A stretch of 63,972 nucleotides of DNA, counting the filler, from Ministeria vibrans ATCC 50519 (lineage: Eukaryota > Protista > Filasterea), in NCBI GenBank assembly GCA_943704425.1. It is 16 parts of 16 records of this genome, joined end to end, with 100 filler letters (N's around TTAATTAATTAA, not from the genome) between each part and the next. Parts side by side here need not be neighbours in the genome. Positions count along the whole stretch, not along the records: positions 2,303 to 24,686 come from CALSCP010000099.1; 15 more parts are not named here. The stretch is one strand, 5' to 3'. The position numbers and the translations under genes are program-made. Every line of letters starts with the position of its first letter. The stretch's first letter is position 1. Positions 10,041 to 23,534 of the stretch are shown in pieces. The notes under the pieces were generated by a model. The model saw only the letters and a list, made by a program, of their open reading frames with translations. It was not told the DNA's origin and made no database searches.

Positions 10041-13000
10041 TTAGACGTCGACATCGCCATCAAGCATGCTCAGCTCAAACTCTTGGCCGGGAGTGCGGAT
10101 GGGAGCATTGCGACCTCCGGGTCCTCTGACGTCGACGCGTCCGTACTGGTCGCCGTATTCCTGGCGCACCGACTCTTGGCGACGCGCCTTGCGCTCCAGC
10201 ATCGACTCGTGTTTCGTCAGCGTCACTCCTCCCGACGCCGCACTCTCCGATGCCACTGCCGACAGTTCACTCTGCAATTAGATATGAATCATGCACATGA
10301 GTATGATTAACATTTCAGATCAATTCATCAAAACGTACGTCTCCCGTGGCAAACTTGAAGCCCGACCGGCGATTGCGTCGCATCAACACAATCACAACAA
10401 TAATGAGAATCACCAACACAGCTCCCAGAGCAGCGCCCACAATGATGCCAATGTTCGAGCTGGAACCATTTGACTGCCCACCCGTACCAGTACCACCGCC
10501 AGCTGAAAGAAAAAAAAAACAAAAACAAAAACAAAAACAAAAACAAAAACAAAAACAACAATGTGAACACACGTCTGCAGACTTTTCTACGTTTCTTACG
10601 GGTAAGCTGACAGCGAGCACCGGTAAAAGAGGTGGCAGAGCAGTCACAAGTGTAACCACTGCCAATGTCGGTGCACACACCGCCGTTAAGGCAGGGGTTG
10701 GGCGAGCAATCGTCGACGCCCGCCGTCTGGCACACCGTGCCAAAGTGACCCGTGCCCGCGCAATTGCAGTCAAAGTAGTTGCCCTGGTTGACACAGGCGC
10801 CACCATTTTGGCACGGTGACGACGCACACTCGTCAATGTCCGACTCGCAGTGTGTGCCGGTGCGACCGGTACCAAAGCACTGACAAGTATAGCCGTTGAC
10901 ACCCTCGTTGCATGTGCCATAGAGACACGGCGATGACGCGCACTCGGCAACGTCCTCTGTACACATGACACCGGTGTAGCCCGCAACACAGGTACATGTA
11001 AACATGCCCGAGCCATTGGCACAGGTGCCCCCGTTGGCGCACGGATTCGAATCACACTCCTCCAGATCGAGCGCCGTCACAAGACCGGGCGCAGAGACTT
11101 CGCCGCATGCAGTGTTGGTCGGACAGCCAGGGGCACCGCGGCGTCGCGACAGCGCACTCGCCTCGGTGTATGTGCTTCCACCAAAGCGTGTCGAGTACAC
11201 TCGCATGCCATCAATCTCAACACTCGACAGTCCAGCATTGAGCGTGAGCACTACCTCAACACCCTTGAGGAAGACGGCCGAGCCGGCCGTCGTAATGCGA
11301 TAGGTACTCGAGCCCGACACACCTTGAGGTGCCGGTGGAATCACCGTGCCCGACACATCCACCACTGTGACACGCACCGACGTGGAAAACACACCGACAC
11401 CAAAAACAATCTGAATCTTGCCGTCGGCCGACACGTACGTGCCGCCCGACGGCGACACCACAATGCCCGATGTCTCACACAGGCCATCAATGAAGCCGGG
11501 CGCACACGTACACGTGTACGACTCCACACCGTCGTTGCAAGTCGCCCCATTCTGACAGGGGTTAGACGCACACTCGAGCGTCAGTGTCTCACACATGGTG
11601 CCGTGATAGCCGGTGAGCGAACAGTCGCATGAGAACGAACCCACCGTCTGCGAGCAGGTGCCACCGTTCTGACACGGCGACGATGCACACTCGTCAATGT
11701 CCGTTGCACATTGCGTGCCTGTGTAGCCGGGAACACAAGCGCACAAGTAGGAAACGCCCACATTCGAGCAGGTCGCTCCATTGAGACAGGGCGTCGACGC
11801 ACAGTGGTCTTGCTGGGAGCTGCAAAAGACGCCGAGGAAGCCGGTGCCGGTGCAGTCGCACAGGAAACTCGCAACGCCATTCTGGCAAGCGCCGCCGTTT
11901 TGACACGGCGACGACAAACACTCATCAATGTCCACGTCACACAGTGTGCCAGTGTAGCCGTGGCAGGTACACGTGAACATGTTGACGCCGTCGGTACACG
12001 AGCCGCCATTCAAGCAGGGCGACGACTCGCACTCGTCCACCTCGGTCTGGCACATCACACCGATGTAGCCCGTGTTGCTACAGTCGCACGTGTACAACAG
12101 ATGTCCATCCTGACACGCACCGCCATTTTGACAAGGCGACGATGCACACTCGTCAATACTCACGGCGCACTGCGCTCCAGTCCAGCCCGCCTCACACGCA
12201 CAGACATAGGCATTCACCTGGTCCGAACAAGTCCCTCCGTTGACACACGGATTCGAAGCACACTCGTCCACTTCGACCGCACACTGCGTGCCAATGTAGC
12301 CCGTGTTGGAACAGTCGCACTGCCACGCACTGCCCAGCATAAAGCAACGCGCACCATTCATGCACGGTGCTGAGACGCAGTGGTCGGCCGTCGAGTCACA
12401 CACAACACCGACAAAGCCCGTGCCGGTGCACACACACACAAATCCGTCTACATTGTCTTGGCACGTACCACCATTCAGGCAGGGCGACGAAGCACACTCG
12501 TTGATGTTGCTCGAGCAATCAGCACCCTGCCATCCCGAAGCGCACGCGCACGAAAACAACGCCAGGCCATCGGAACAGGTGCCGCCATTCTGGCACGGTG
12601 CCGAAAGACACTCGTTGCCGTCCGTACCACACCTGTCCCCAACCGTGTTGGGCGGGCAGGTGCACGTGAACGAGTCGAGGCCGTCGGCGCAAGTGCCGCC
12701 ATTCTGACACGGCGACGACGCACACTCGTCAATGTTCGATGCGCACACGTCGCCTCCGTAGCCTGGAACGCACACACACGAGAACTGGTTAGGCACATTG
12801 TTGTTGCAGGTGCCTCCATTTTGGCAGGGCGACGACACACACTCGTCAATGTCCACCTCGCACTGGGTGCCGGTAAACCCCGACAAACCGCATGTGCACG
12901 TAAAGCCGGCAACAAGATCGCTCGAGCACTGGCCATGAGCGCACGGCGACGAGGCACAGTGGTCCACCGTTGCGCCGCAGACGTCCCCGGTGAAGCCTGC

Positions 13001-16000
13001 GGCGCACTGGCACGCAAAGTCAGCTGCACCATTCTCAGCGCAGGTGGCGCCATTGAGGCAGGGCGACGAGTCACAATTGATAATGGGCGTGTCGCAGAGG
13101 GTGCCCGTGAAGGGAAGCGAGCCACAGTTGCAGGCAAAGGCGTTGTTCGAGTCGGTGCAAGTGGCACCATTCTGACACGGTGACGACGCACACTCGTCGA
13201 CGGTGCTCGAACACACAGTGCCCACAAACGCCGTGCCTGTGCAGTCGCACGTGAAACGCGCCACTTCGTCACTACACACACCGCCATTTTGGCACGGTGA
13301 CGACGCACACTCGTCAATGTTCACCGCGCAGTCGACGCCCGTGTAGCCAGCGGCACACGTACAACTGAACATGGCCAACAGATTGGCGCACGTGCCCGCG
13401 TTCTGGCATGGCATCGATGCGCACTCGTCAATGTCCGCCTCGCACTGTACGCCCGTAAAACCGGTCGCACAGCCGCACACAAATGTAGCCCCAATGCTGC
13501 TGCAAGTGGCGCCATTTGTGCATGGCATCGACAGGCAATTGTCTTGCGTCGAGTCGCACACGGTACCCGTAAACCCCGTGGCGGTACAGTCGCAAGTAAA
13601 ACTATTGACGCCGTCCTGGCACGTGCCGCCATTGGCACATGGTGACGACGCGCACTCGTCAATGTTGGTGGAACACGTTGGGCCCGAGTAACCCGTGTTG
13701 GCACAGTCACAGGCAAACGCGTCGAGGCCGTTGGAACACGTACCATGCTCGCAGGGCGACGAAGCACACTCGTCGACGTCCCCGTCGCACAGAGTGCCGG
13801 TCGATCCAGAAGCGCACTGGCACGCAAAGCCATTCAGCAGATTGATGCAGGTGGCACCGGCAACGCACGGTTGCGACGCACACTCGTCAATGTCGCTGGC
13901 ACAGTGTGTGCCATCAAAGCCCGGTTCGCAATCGCATGTGTACGAGGCAATGCCGTCGCGACACGTGGCCTCATTCTGGCATGGCGACGACACGCAGTCG
14001 TCAATGTTCTGCTCGCACAGCGTTCCAGTCGTACCCGTCACACACGTGCACGCAAAGGCATCCAACTGATCAACACACTGGCCGCCGTTCTGGCACGGCA
14101 TCGACGCGCACTCGTCAATGTTCGTCAGACACGATGCACCCGTGTAGCCTGTTGCACAGTTGCAGCTGTATGCCAGCAGCATGTCGGTACATGTGCCGCC
14201 GTTGGCACACGGCGACGACACGCACTCATCAACCTCGACCGAGCATGTGGCGCCCATGTAGCCAGTGCCGGTGCACTCACAGGTAAACGATTCCACGCCA
14301 TCCTGACACGTGCCGCCATTGAGACAACCGCTCGAGGCGCAATCGTCAATGTTTGTCTCGCAAGAAGCGCCCGTGAAGCCCGACACACACGCGCACGAGT
14401 AGGCTGCGAGCAGGTCGGCGCACACGCCTCCCGACTGGCACGGCGACGAGGCACACTCGTCTACCGCCGTCTGGCAATGGTCGCCGGTAAAGCCAGTCGA
14501 GGTGCAGTCACACACATAGACATTGTTGACGGTGCCGCATCCGCCACCATTCTCGCACGGCGACGACACGCACAGGTCAAGCGTCGAATCACACAACGTC
14601 CCGATAAATCCGGTGCCGGTGCAGTCGCATGTAAATCCATTGAGAGCGTCGTGGCACACGCCGCGCACACACGGAATCGAAGCACACTCGTTAATGTCAC
14701 TGTCGCACACGGTGCCCGTGTAGCCCGCGGCGCACGCACAGCTGAAGCCGTTGACGTGGTCCACACAACTTGCACCGTTTGCACACGGCGACGACGCACA
14801 CTCGTCAATATTGTTGGCACACGCAGCACCCGTGTAACCCGGCAGGCATTGACACGTGTAACCATTGACAGCATCCTGACAGGTAGCGCCGTTGAAGCAC
14901 GGCGATGACTCGCACTCGTTCAACGCCGTCTCACAGCGCGAGTTGGTAAACCCAGTACCGCTGCAGTCGCACGTAAACGCATTCACCTGGTCTTGGCACA
15001 CGCCACCGTTGAGACACGGCGACGAGGCGCACTCATCAATTTGCACTTCGCATTGCGTGCCCTGGTAGCCTGTGCCCGAACAGCTGCAAAGATATTGACC
15101 CGGAAAGACAGAACACACACCCCCATTCTGACAGGGCGACGAGGCACACTCGTCAATCTCCGTCTCGCACAGGTCGCCGGTGAAGCGCGACGTGGCACAC
15201 AAGCACGAAAAGCTCAACGCTCCATCGACACACGTGGCACCATTTTGACAGGGAGATGAGGCACACTCGTCGATGGCTACTTCACAAAAGGTGCCCGTGT
15301 ACGCTGTTTGTGTACAGTCACATGTGACCCCGGCAGCAGACGTGGCATGACACACACCGACGTTTTGGCAGGGGCTCGAGGCACACAAGTCTACCGTGAG
15401 GTCACAGTTGTCACCCGAGAAGCCCGTGCCGTCGCAGTCGCACGTGTACATATTGGGCTGAGGCTCTTCGCACACACCACCGTTCTGGCACGGTTGCGAG
15501 CCACACTCAAAGTTGTCGAGGTTGCACAGGGCTCCCGTAAAGCCCGGCACACACTGGCACGTGTACATGTCGACGCCGTCCTCGCAGGTGGCGCCGTTGC
15601 GGCAGGGCGACGACGCACACTCGTCAATGTTTGTCTCGCACATGCTGCCGGTGTAGCCGCCGCGGCAAAAGCACTCAAAAGCATTGGTGCGGTCGACGCA
15701 GGTGCCGCTGTTCTGACAGGGCGACGAGAGACACTCGTTGGCGGCCGACGTGCACGTTGCGCCGCCAAAACCGGTGTTGCTACAGTCGCACGAAAAGCCG
15801 GGCGACAAATCTTGGCACACGCCACCGTTGCTGCACGGCGAAGACGCGCACTCGTTGATGGAAATGTCACAAAGCGCACCGGTAAACCCCACCGAGGCAC
15901 AGTCACAGGTGAAGCCCACTCCGGTGTCAGAGCATGGAGCAGCGTTGTGACACGGCGACGAGGCACACTCGTCGATGTTCACCTCACAAGCAGTGCCGGT

Positions 16001-19000
16001 GACGCCCTGTGGACATGTGCATGACCAAGCGTTGGCACCGTCAGTGCATGTCGCACCATTCTCGCACGGCGATGACGAGCACTCGTCGGCGGCGTTTGCG
16101 CAGTTGTCACCCTCAAAGCCTGTGCCGGCACACTCGCACGTGTACGAGGTGCCATCGCCGTCGCACACACCGCCGTTGAGGCACGGACTTGAGTCGCACA
16201 GACTCATTTCGGTTTGGCACTCGGAGCCCGTGTAGGGTGGAAAGCAGTGGCACGTGTACGACGCGGCAAACTCTTGGCAAAAGCCCAAGTTTTGGCAGGG
16301 ACTCGAGAGACACGGCGCAGTAATGGGCGTCTCGCAAACCGTGCCCATGTAGCCCAGGCCGGTACAGTCACACTGGTAGCTGTTGACACCGTCAAGGCAG
16401 GTACCGCCATTCTGACAAGGCAACGACATACAGTCGTTGACGTTCACGTCACAGAGGGTGCCTGTGAAGCCCGTGGGGCATGTGCACGAGTGCGCATTGA
16501 CACTGTCAATGCATGTACCACCGTTGGAGCAGGGTGACGAGTCACACTCGTTACCTTGTGTCGCACAGGTAGGGCCCGAGAAACCGCCTGTCTGAGAACA
16601 GTCGCACTCGAAAAAGTTGTCCTTGTTAAAGCAAATGCCGCCATTTTGGCAGGGCGACGATTCACACTCGTTGGAGTCTGCCTGACACTGCGTACCACGC
16701 TTGCCGGTGCCTGTGCAGTCGCACAGAAACGAGTCCACACCGTCGTTGCAGATGCCGCCATTGAGACACGGCGACGAGGCACACTCGTCAATTTCCGTCT
16801 CACAAAAATCGCCGACAAAGCCCGTGCCGATGCACTCGCACACAACCACGCCAGTCGCGTCCTGGCAAATACCGCCGTTGAGGCATGGCGTGCTGTCGCA
16901 AATGCTCGGTTGCTGCGACTGCTGTCCATTGTTGTTGCCGCCGTCGCCACCCTGATTCTCGCCGGGCGTCGGCGCCACAATGGGTCCGTCAAGCGTCACA
17001 ATAATCTTTCCTGTCATGTGTGGGTTCTGCGGGTCGCTGTAGCGATAGGTGCCCACCTCCCAGAAAGCGTACGATACCGTCTGGCCGGGTGCCAGAGTAA
17101 AATCAAACAATGGGGGCACGCCGCTTTGCTGTAGTTGCAGCGGAACCGCGTCCGTATTGGTCCACATGACGACGGTGCCGACCGGCACGGAAATGTCGCT
17201 GGGCACACAAAGAGGCGAGGCTTGGCACCAGTTGACGGTGACGAGCTCACCCGTGGGCAGAGGTGCTGCACTCGTGACGGGCGCTACAGTGGTCTCAGGC
17301 AGGAAAGCCGTCGTGCTCACGGCCAAGTTGCAAATGACTCCCACGTCGTCGGCGTGGGTGCAGTCATTGGAGTACACTGGCGAGTGGCCGCAGTCGAGCA
17401 GAGTCGACTCCTGGGCGGTGAGACACTCCACATTGTCAAGTGTGATGGGCATCGACGCGCTGCCAGGACCAAACTGCAGTGTAGACTCGGCACTGGCCAG
17501 ACGTGGGCCATAGCCAAGCTGGTTGCACACGACGGTCGCAGAGAAACTGTCAAAGGCATCCTGGCACACGGTGCCCCATTCGCCGCAGTAGAACACCTCG
17601 AGGCGTCCCTCGGTGGGCCCCGAGCCGCCCACAAGACGCACAAGGCCATTGGATGCCTGACTGGGGCACACGGGAATAACGGTGGTTGCAGCCGGTGAAG
17701 GTGACATGGGCGGTTCACTTCGGCCCGACGGCAGTGGGTCGCCGCCGCAAATGAGTGCCACATCTTCGGCATGACTGCAATCGGAGGTGGTCGCGTGCGA
17801 GCACTCGAGAAGCGAGTTTTCCCAGCCACCGCAGTTCACGTCGTCAAGACTAATAGGCGTGGAGGGTGCAGCAGCGGTGAACTGGGAGGTGGACGCCGGC
17901 ACAAAGACCGCCTGTGTCGCACCGAAGCCCAGTTGGTTGCATGCGATGCGAGCATTCTCAGGATTGCTCAGCCAGTTATCGTCGCAGACAGTGCCCCACA
18001 TGCCGTCAACGTACACTTCGAGGAGACCCCGGCCGTACACTGTGGTGCCAGTGAGACGCAACGTACCTGGTGGACCGGCGGTGACGAGGGGCGGCAGTCC
18101 AAGAACGGTAGACTGCTCCGGAATAATGGTGGTAAACATGCGCATCTGGCCGAGGCACTTGACACCCACATCCTCGGCGTGCGAGCAATCCGACTGGCCA
18201 ATAGGCGTGCCCAGCGGACACTGCAAGAGGGTATCTTCCGTGCCCACACACTCGAGGGTGTCTAGCGCAATGGGACCCTCGCCCGGACCAAACTCAAGCG
18301 TGGCAACCGCCTCGGTCGACGGCAAACCCAACTGTACGCAGACGATGCTCGCGTCGACCGCGGTAAAACCGTCATCGCACACCGTGCTCCAGGTGTTGTC
18401 GACAACAATTTCGACACGACCCTCATTGGAGGTGGCACCGTTCACGAGACGAATCGAGCCGGGTGCGGCTGTTGTGAGTGGGAAAACGGTGCTCTCGGGT
18501 CCTTGGGTGGTCGGCAGGCGATTGGACGGAAGCAGCTGACCAAGGCAGCGCAGACCAACGTCTTCGGCGTGCGAGCACTGAATGGGCGAGCTTTGTGTGC
18601 GCACAGTGGGTCCGTTGCAGTCAAGCAATGAAAACTCGTGGCCATCACACGCAACCTGGTTCAGATTCACAGGCGTGATCGGATCCACCTGACCAAACTC
18701 CGTTGTGGAGTTGGGCATGCTCACACCCGTAAAGGACTCGGCTTCGGTCGCGGGCAGGCCGAGGAGGTAGCAGGCAACCTGTGCATCCTTGAGGCTCCAG
18801 TTGTCGTCGCAGACGGTGCCCCAACGACCATCAATGAGAATCTCGAGAATGCCCTCGTTAGCCGTCTGACCGTTGACCAGTCGCAGCGAACCGGTGGGCA
18901 CGTCCGAAACGCGTGGTGGCAGGCCAATGGACGTAAAGGTGGGCTCGGGCACGTACACGGCAAACGACTCAACCACACCGGCACAGATGACACTGACAAA

Positions 19001-22000
19001 CTCGGCGGGAGTCGTCGAGCGACAGTTATTCTCGCCAAAGGGCAAGTGGTAGCACTCGTCGATGCTGTTCTCGCGACCGTTGCACACCACGTCGTCGAGC
19101 CAGAAGAAGTTGGTGGAGACGCCCGGGAAGTAGTCCTCGACTTGAGCAGTCGCCTCCGAGCTGGGCAGGCCCATTTGAGCGCAGGCGACGCGCGCCTCAT
19201 TGCGTCCCATGTTCTGGTCAAAACCGGCGTCGTCGCAGATGCCGCCCCAGGTGCCATTGTAGAGAATCTCGAGGCGACCCTCAAGTGGATTCTCGCAGCC
19301 CACAAGACGCAACGAGCCGTTGGGAAGAACGTTGTTGGTGGGCGCCGGCTGTGTGGACGCAGGCACACACTTGGGTGGCACCGTGGTCTCGGGGAAGATA
19401 AATCCCGTCGCTGTGGCTCCCGCACACACAATTTCCACGTCGGCCTCGTGAGTGCACGTGGTGTTCCAGAAGCCATTGTGGGGACAGTCAAGGAGGGACG
19501 CCTCAAAAGCGGTGGGGCAGTTAAGGTTTTCAATGAGTATGGGCGCGTCGGTGACGAGAGGAAACGAACCGGTCGTGGCGTAGGCGTCGGTCCAGGGCAG
19601 ATCAAGCTGCTGGCAGACGACGCGCGCGTTGTTGTTGGTCAGCAGCCAACCGTCGGTAGCGCACACGGTGCCCCAGTTGTTGTTGACGAGCACCTGAAGG
19701 GTGCCTTCGCTTGGGTTTGCACCTCCCACAAGACGCACAGTACCGGTGGCGCCCGACGCAAACGGGTAGGCGGCGGTGGTGGGTGCGGCACCACACGAGA
19801 TGGCGACGTCCTCAAAGTGCGAGCAGCCCGTGTCGCCATAGCCGAGGAAAGGGCAACGACGCAGCGTCGCCTCGTCGCCGGCACAGTTGACCAGCGCCAT
19901 CCACACGGGTAGCGAAAGGTCCACCGTGGCAAACTCAGCGTTGTTCTCGATGCGAGCGCCCACAAAGTTGAAGCCCATCTGACGACAGGCGACCTGAGCG
20001 TCGATAAGAGTCCAGCCATCGTCGCAAATGGTGCCCCACTGGCCGTCGTAGTTCAGCTCGAGAATGCCCGACTCGGGTGTGGGACCACCCACAAGACGAA
20101 GTTCGCCGCACGGCAATGAATTGCACAGCACGGTTGTAGTGGGTGCTGGTGGTACGGCGGTGCCACTGAGACCGCGGCAGATGACACCACCTGCCCAGAA
20201 TTCGGGACAACTCTGCGAGTTGGTGTAGCCCTGAAACTCACAGTCGGTGAGGGACGCCTCGTCACCCTTGCATTGAATGCCACTCATCCAGTTGGTTTGG
20301 CCCTTGGGACCACCAAAGGTCATGATTTGTGCTTCGGTCCAGGGCAAACCAAGTTGCCGACAAATGACACGCGCATCACGCCAGTTGTACTTTTCGTCCT
20401 GGCAGATGGTGCCCCAGAGGCCGGCGTGCACCACTTCGACGCGACCCGAGTTGGCATCAAACCCATCGACAAGGCGCAGCGCGCCTTCGGGCTCGGTCGC
20501 GGCCGTGGGCAAAGCCTGTTCGGGTTGCGCAGCGCAAATCACCGCCACATCCTGATCGTGGGTGCACAGTGTTGCTGGCGGATAAAAGGTCTTGGGACAG
20601 TCCGTGAGGTTGGCTTCGGTGCCGAGACACTGAATGTTAGCAACCAACACGGGGTCTGTGGCAACAAAAGGCGACTGGGGATCGAGAGCACCTGTGTAGA
20701 GACGTGCGCCAGCCGTGGGCAAGCCCTTCTCGCGGCAAATAACAGCCGCGTCCGCTTGGTCAAAACCGACGTTACAGAGCGAGCCTGAGGCGAGGTCGGG
20801 CAACGTTTGCACCTCGAGGTAGCCCCACGAGATACCACCGAGGTTGGCAACAAAGGCAAACGAGTCAATGGAGGTGTGTGCCGACTGGTCAGGTCCCGGA
20901 TTGACTTCGCATGCGACACCCACATCCATGGCGTGGGTGCACGAGGCGTCGGCCGGAATCTGATACTGACAATGAAGAATGTTGGGCTCGGTGCCGGTGC
21001 ACACCACGTTGCTCATCATGATAGTTCCCGTGCCCGGCTGGTAGTTGCCAGCGGTTGGAGTTTGCACTGCGGTGCCTCCAATGAAGGAATTGTCGGGCTG
21101 GCTCAGGCACACCACCTTGGCAGCATTGTCGTCCCAGGTACCGCCCGCATTGCAAATGGTTCCCAGCTGACCGCCGTAGCGCACATCGACGCGACCCTGG
21201 CCAAACTCACCCGTTCCATCGATGACCGTTTCACCGTCGAGAGAGGTCACGTCGACAGGTGGAACATACGTGGGCGCCACAGGCAGGTCCGTGTTCACCG
21301 ACGTAACGGTACAGTCGACACCGACATCGTCGGCGTGCGTGCATCCCGACGGCACTGACGTGCCCATGGCTCCTTGAGGGCACAGCGCCAAAACAGATTC
21401 ACTACCGTCGCAATTGGGTGCGGGAAGAGGTGCAATTGAGCCTGTTCCGGGCGCGAACTGATCTGTCACGAGAGGAAGCGCATTCTGTGTGCCCACTTCG
21501 TTGCACACAACCACCGCGTCGTTCTGAGTAAATCCCGTCGAGCACACTGTGCCCCACAAGCCGTCGGACAGCTCGACTTCAACAAGACCCTAAACAAACA
21601 TATATTATGATAAGCAAAAAAAAACAACAAAAAAAAACAACAAAGAAAAAGAACACTAACAATAATAAAAATAATAATAATAATTAATAATAATAATAAT
21701 AATAATATTCACCTTGTTGCCCTGCGAGAGACGCGTCTGGTAGACACCAGCACCAAAAGACATAGCACCACCGACACCCGGATCGATGAGGACATTCATG
21801 TTGGTGGTGCTCCAAGTATAGGTGTAATCAGCATCGCCATAGGGGATGTTGGCGGGTGCAATCTCGGGGTTGTAGAAGACGGTGAGATTGACGCCGTCGA
21901 CCGCGACGGGTCCCTGCCAGGTGAGTGTCACGTCAACACTGATGTAGCAGAGGCCATTTCGCATTCCAATTGTCACGCCTGGATTGGACGTGGCGCGATA

Positions 22001-23502
22001 CGAAGGGGTTGTGATGGCGCTGCTCACGACACTGATAACAGGGACAAGTTGTGAGGCGGCAGCCGCTTGAAAGACGGGATTCATCTGGTCGGGACCCGGT
22101 GCAATGGTGTGTGTCCCGGCCGAGCACTCGGTTGTCGCAGAAATTAACTCGGCAACCACGTGGAGGTAGACGTCGGAGGTGGCGGAGGCGGTGGTAACGA
22201 TAATACCCTTGCCTGAGGGCGGAGTCATTTGCAAGACGAGTCGCCCAAAGGAGTTTTGGGCGTTCATCAAGAGGGTTCCGGTGCAGCCCGAAGCGCCACA
22301 GGTGGGCGACGTGCCTGGCAGAGTGGTCCAGAACGACGAGTAGGGAGGCGAGGTGGAAACACAAAGGTTTCCATCGGCATTAACGTTTGCCGGACTCGCA
22401 CACAAGGAGGTGCCTGCGAGCGAGTGGGGCACCATGTGCCAGACGAGACTCTCGCGTGTGGGCGTGGGAAAAACGTTGCCGGTCTGGAAGGGATTCGAGA
22501 CAGAGCCGACTGGTCCAGTGTTGCTGTAGGTGCCGTTGAGAGCGACACCGTTGGCAGGGAGTGTGGTGGAGTCGTAAAAGACCATTAGATGGAAAACAAG
22601 TGGATTAACGTTGGACCAGTCAAAGAGAGCGGCGGCCGCCATGCTGTTGGCGGGCGTAAGGGCACGCGTGTAGAGAATGGATGAAAACGAGACGTCTTGG
22701 GTGAACTTGAGCATAAACTGTAGGTTGATGCGGCAGGCGCCCGTCGACGTAATGGACGTGGTTACGCCGGGTGCGGTGTAAATGGACGAGATGGGCGAAG
22801 TGGTGGGCACGGTGAAGGCCCCACAGTTGTTTGATGTGCCATCCGCGCCACAGAGAAGCGATGCCATCGATGGGGGGTTGCTCGTGGCAGAGACCACCGA
22901 GTAAGTGGTAGGAGTCCAAGCACAGTTACTTGTCTGTGAAACATACTCAGTTTCGAGGTACACGTAAAACGGAGTTATTGACTGCAAAAGAAAAACAAAA
23001 AAAAACAATAATAAATAAATAAATAAAGTGTTGGGGCGTAGGTGAGTAGTTGAAAGAAAGAGAGAGAAAAAAACCAATACGATAAAACAAAATAATAGTG
23101 GTAAATTGTTCCGAGTGATAATTTGAGGGGGGCTTACTCCGGTTCCTTCGGGATCGCTACTGATGGTAAGCGATCCAAGGCCACTGTCGGCAATGGGTAC
23201 AGAGAACATTTGGTCGATGGCTCCCGTGTTGGCAGCTGGTGTGAAATAAAAGGGAAAAAAAGAAGAAAATAAGATAGATGTGCGCTGACTTTGAGGATGT
23301 TATGATCGATGAACATACAAAGATCCAAATTGACATTTCCTGACTGTGTTCCGTTTGGGTATGAGTTGAATACGTCGCCAACCACCGCACCAGCAAGCTA
23401 AAGTCGTGGAGCAAAGCGAGAGAGAAAAAGAGAAGATGTATTGTAATAAAATTATTATTATTGTTTTTTTTAGAGTTAATAGAAGTGAAAGAGTGAAGTG
23501 AT

Positions 23503-23534
<32 letters not shown>

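Noticed and set aside
10328-10599. C-terminus of the 3743-aa ORF (FLFLFLF..) as the TM helix
   Set aside because: Read-through into an intron with a (TTTTTG)n repeat; the real TM is in the next exon, in another frame
11000-21400. Many overlapping antisense and alternate-frame ORFs; also 4348-5487 and poly-ER/SL/CV/N ORFs elsewhere
   Set aside because: Shadow ORFs of GC-rich coding sequence, or translations of microsatellites
10041-21589. Notch orthologue
   Set aside because: No LNR, NOD or ankyrin domains; the EGF similarity is generic
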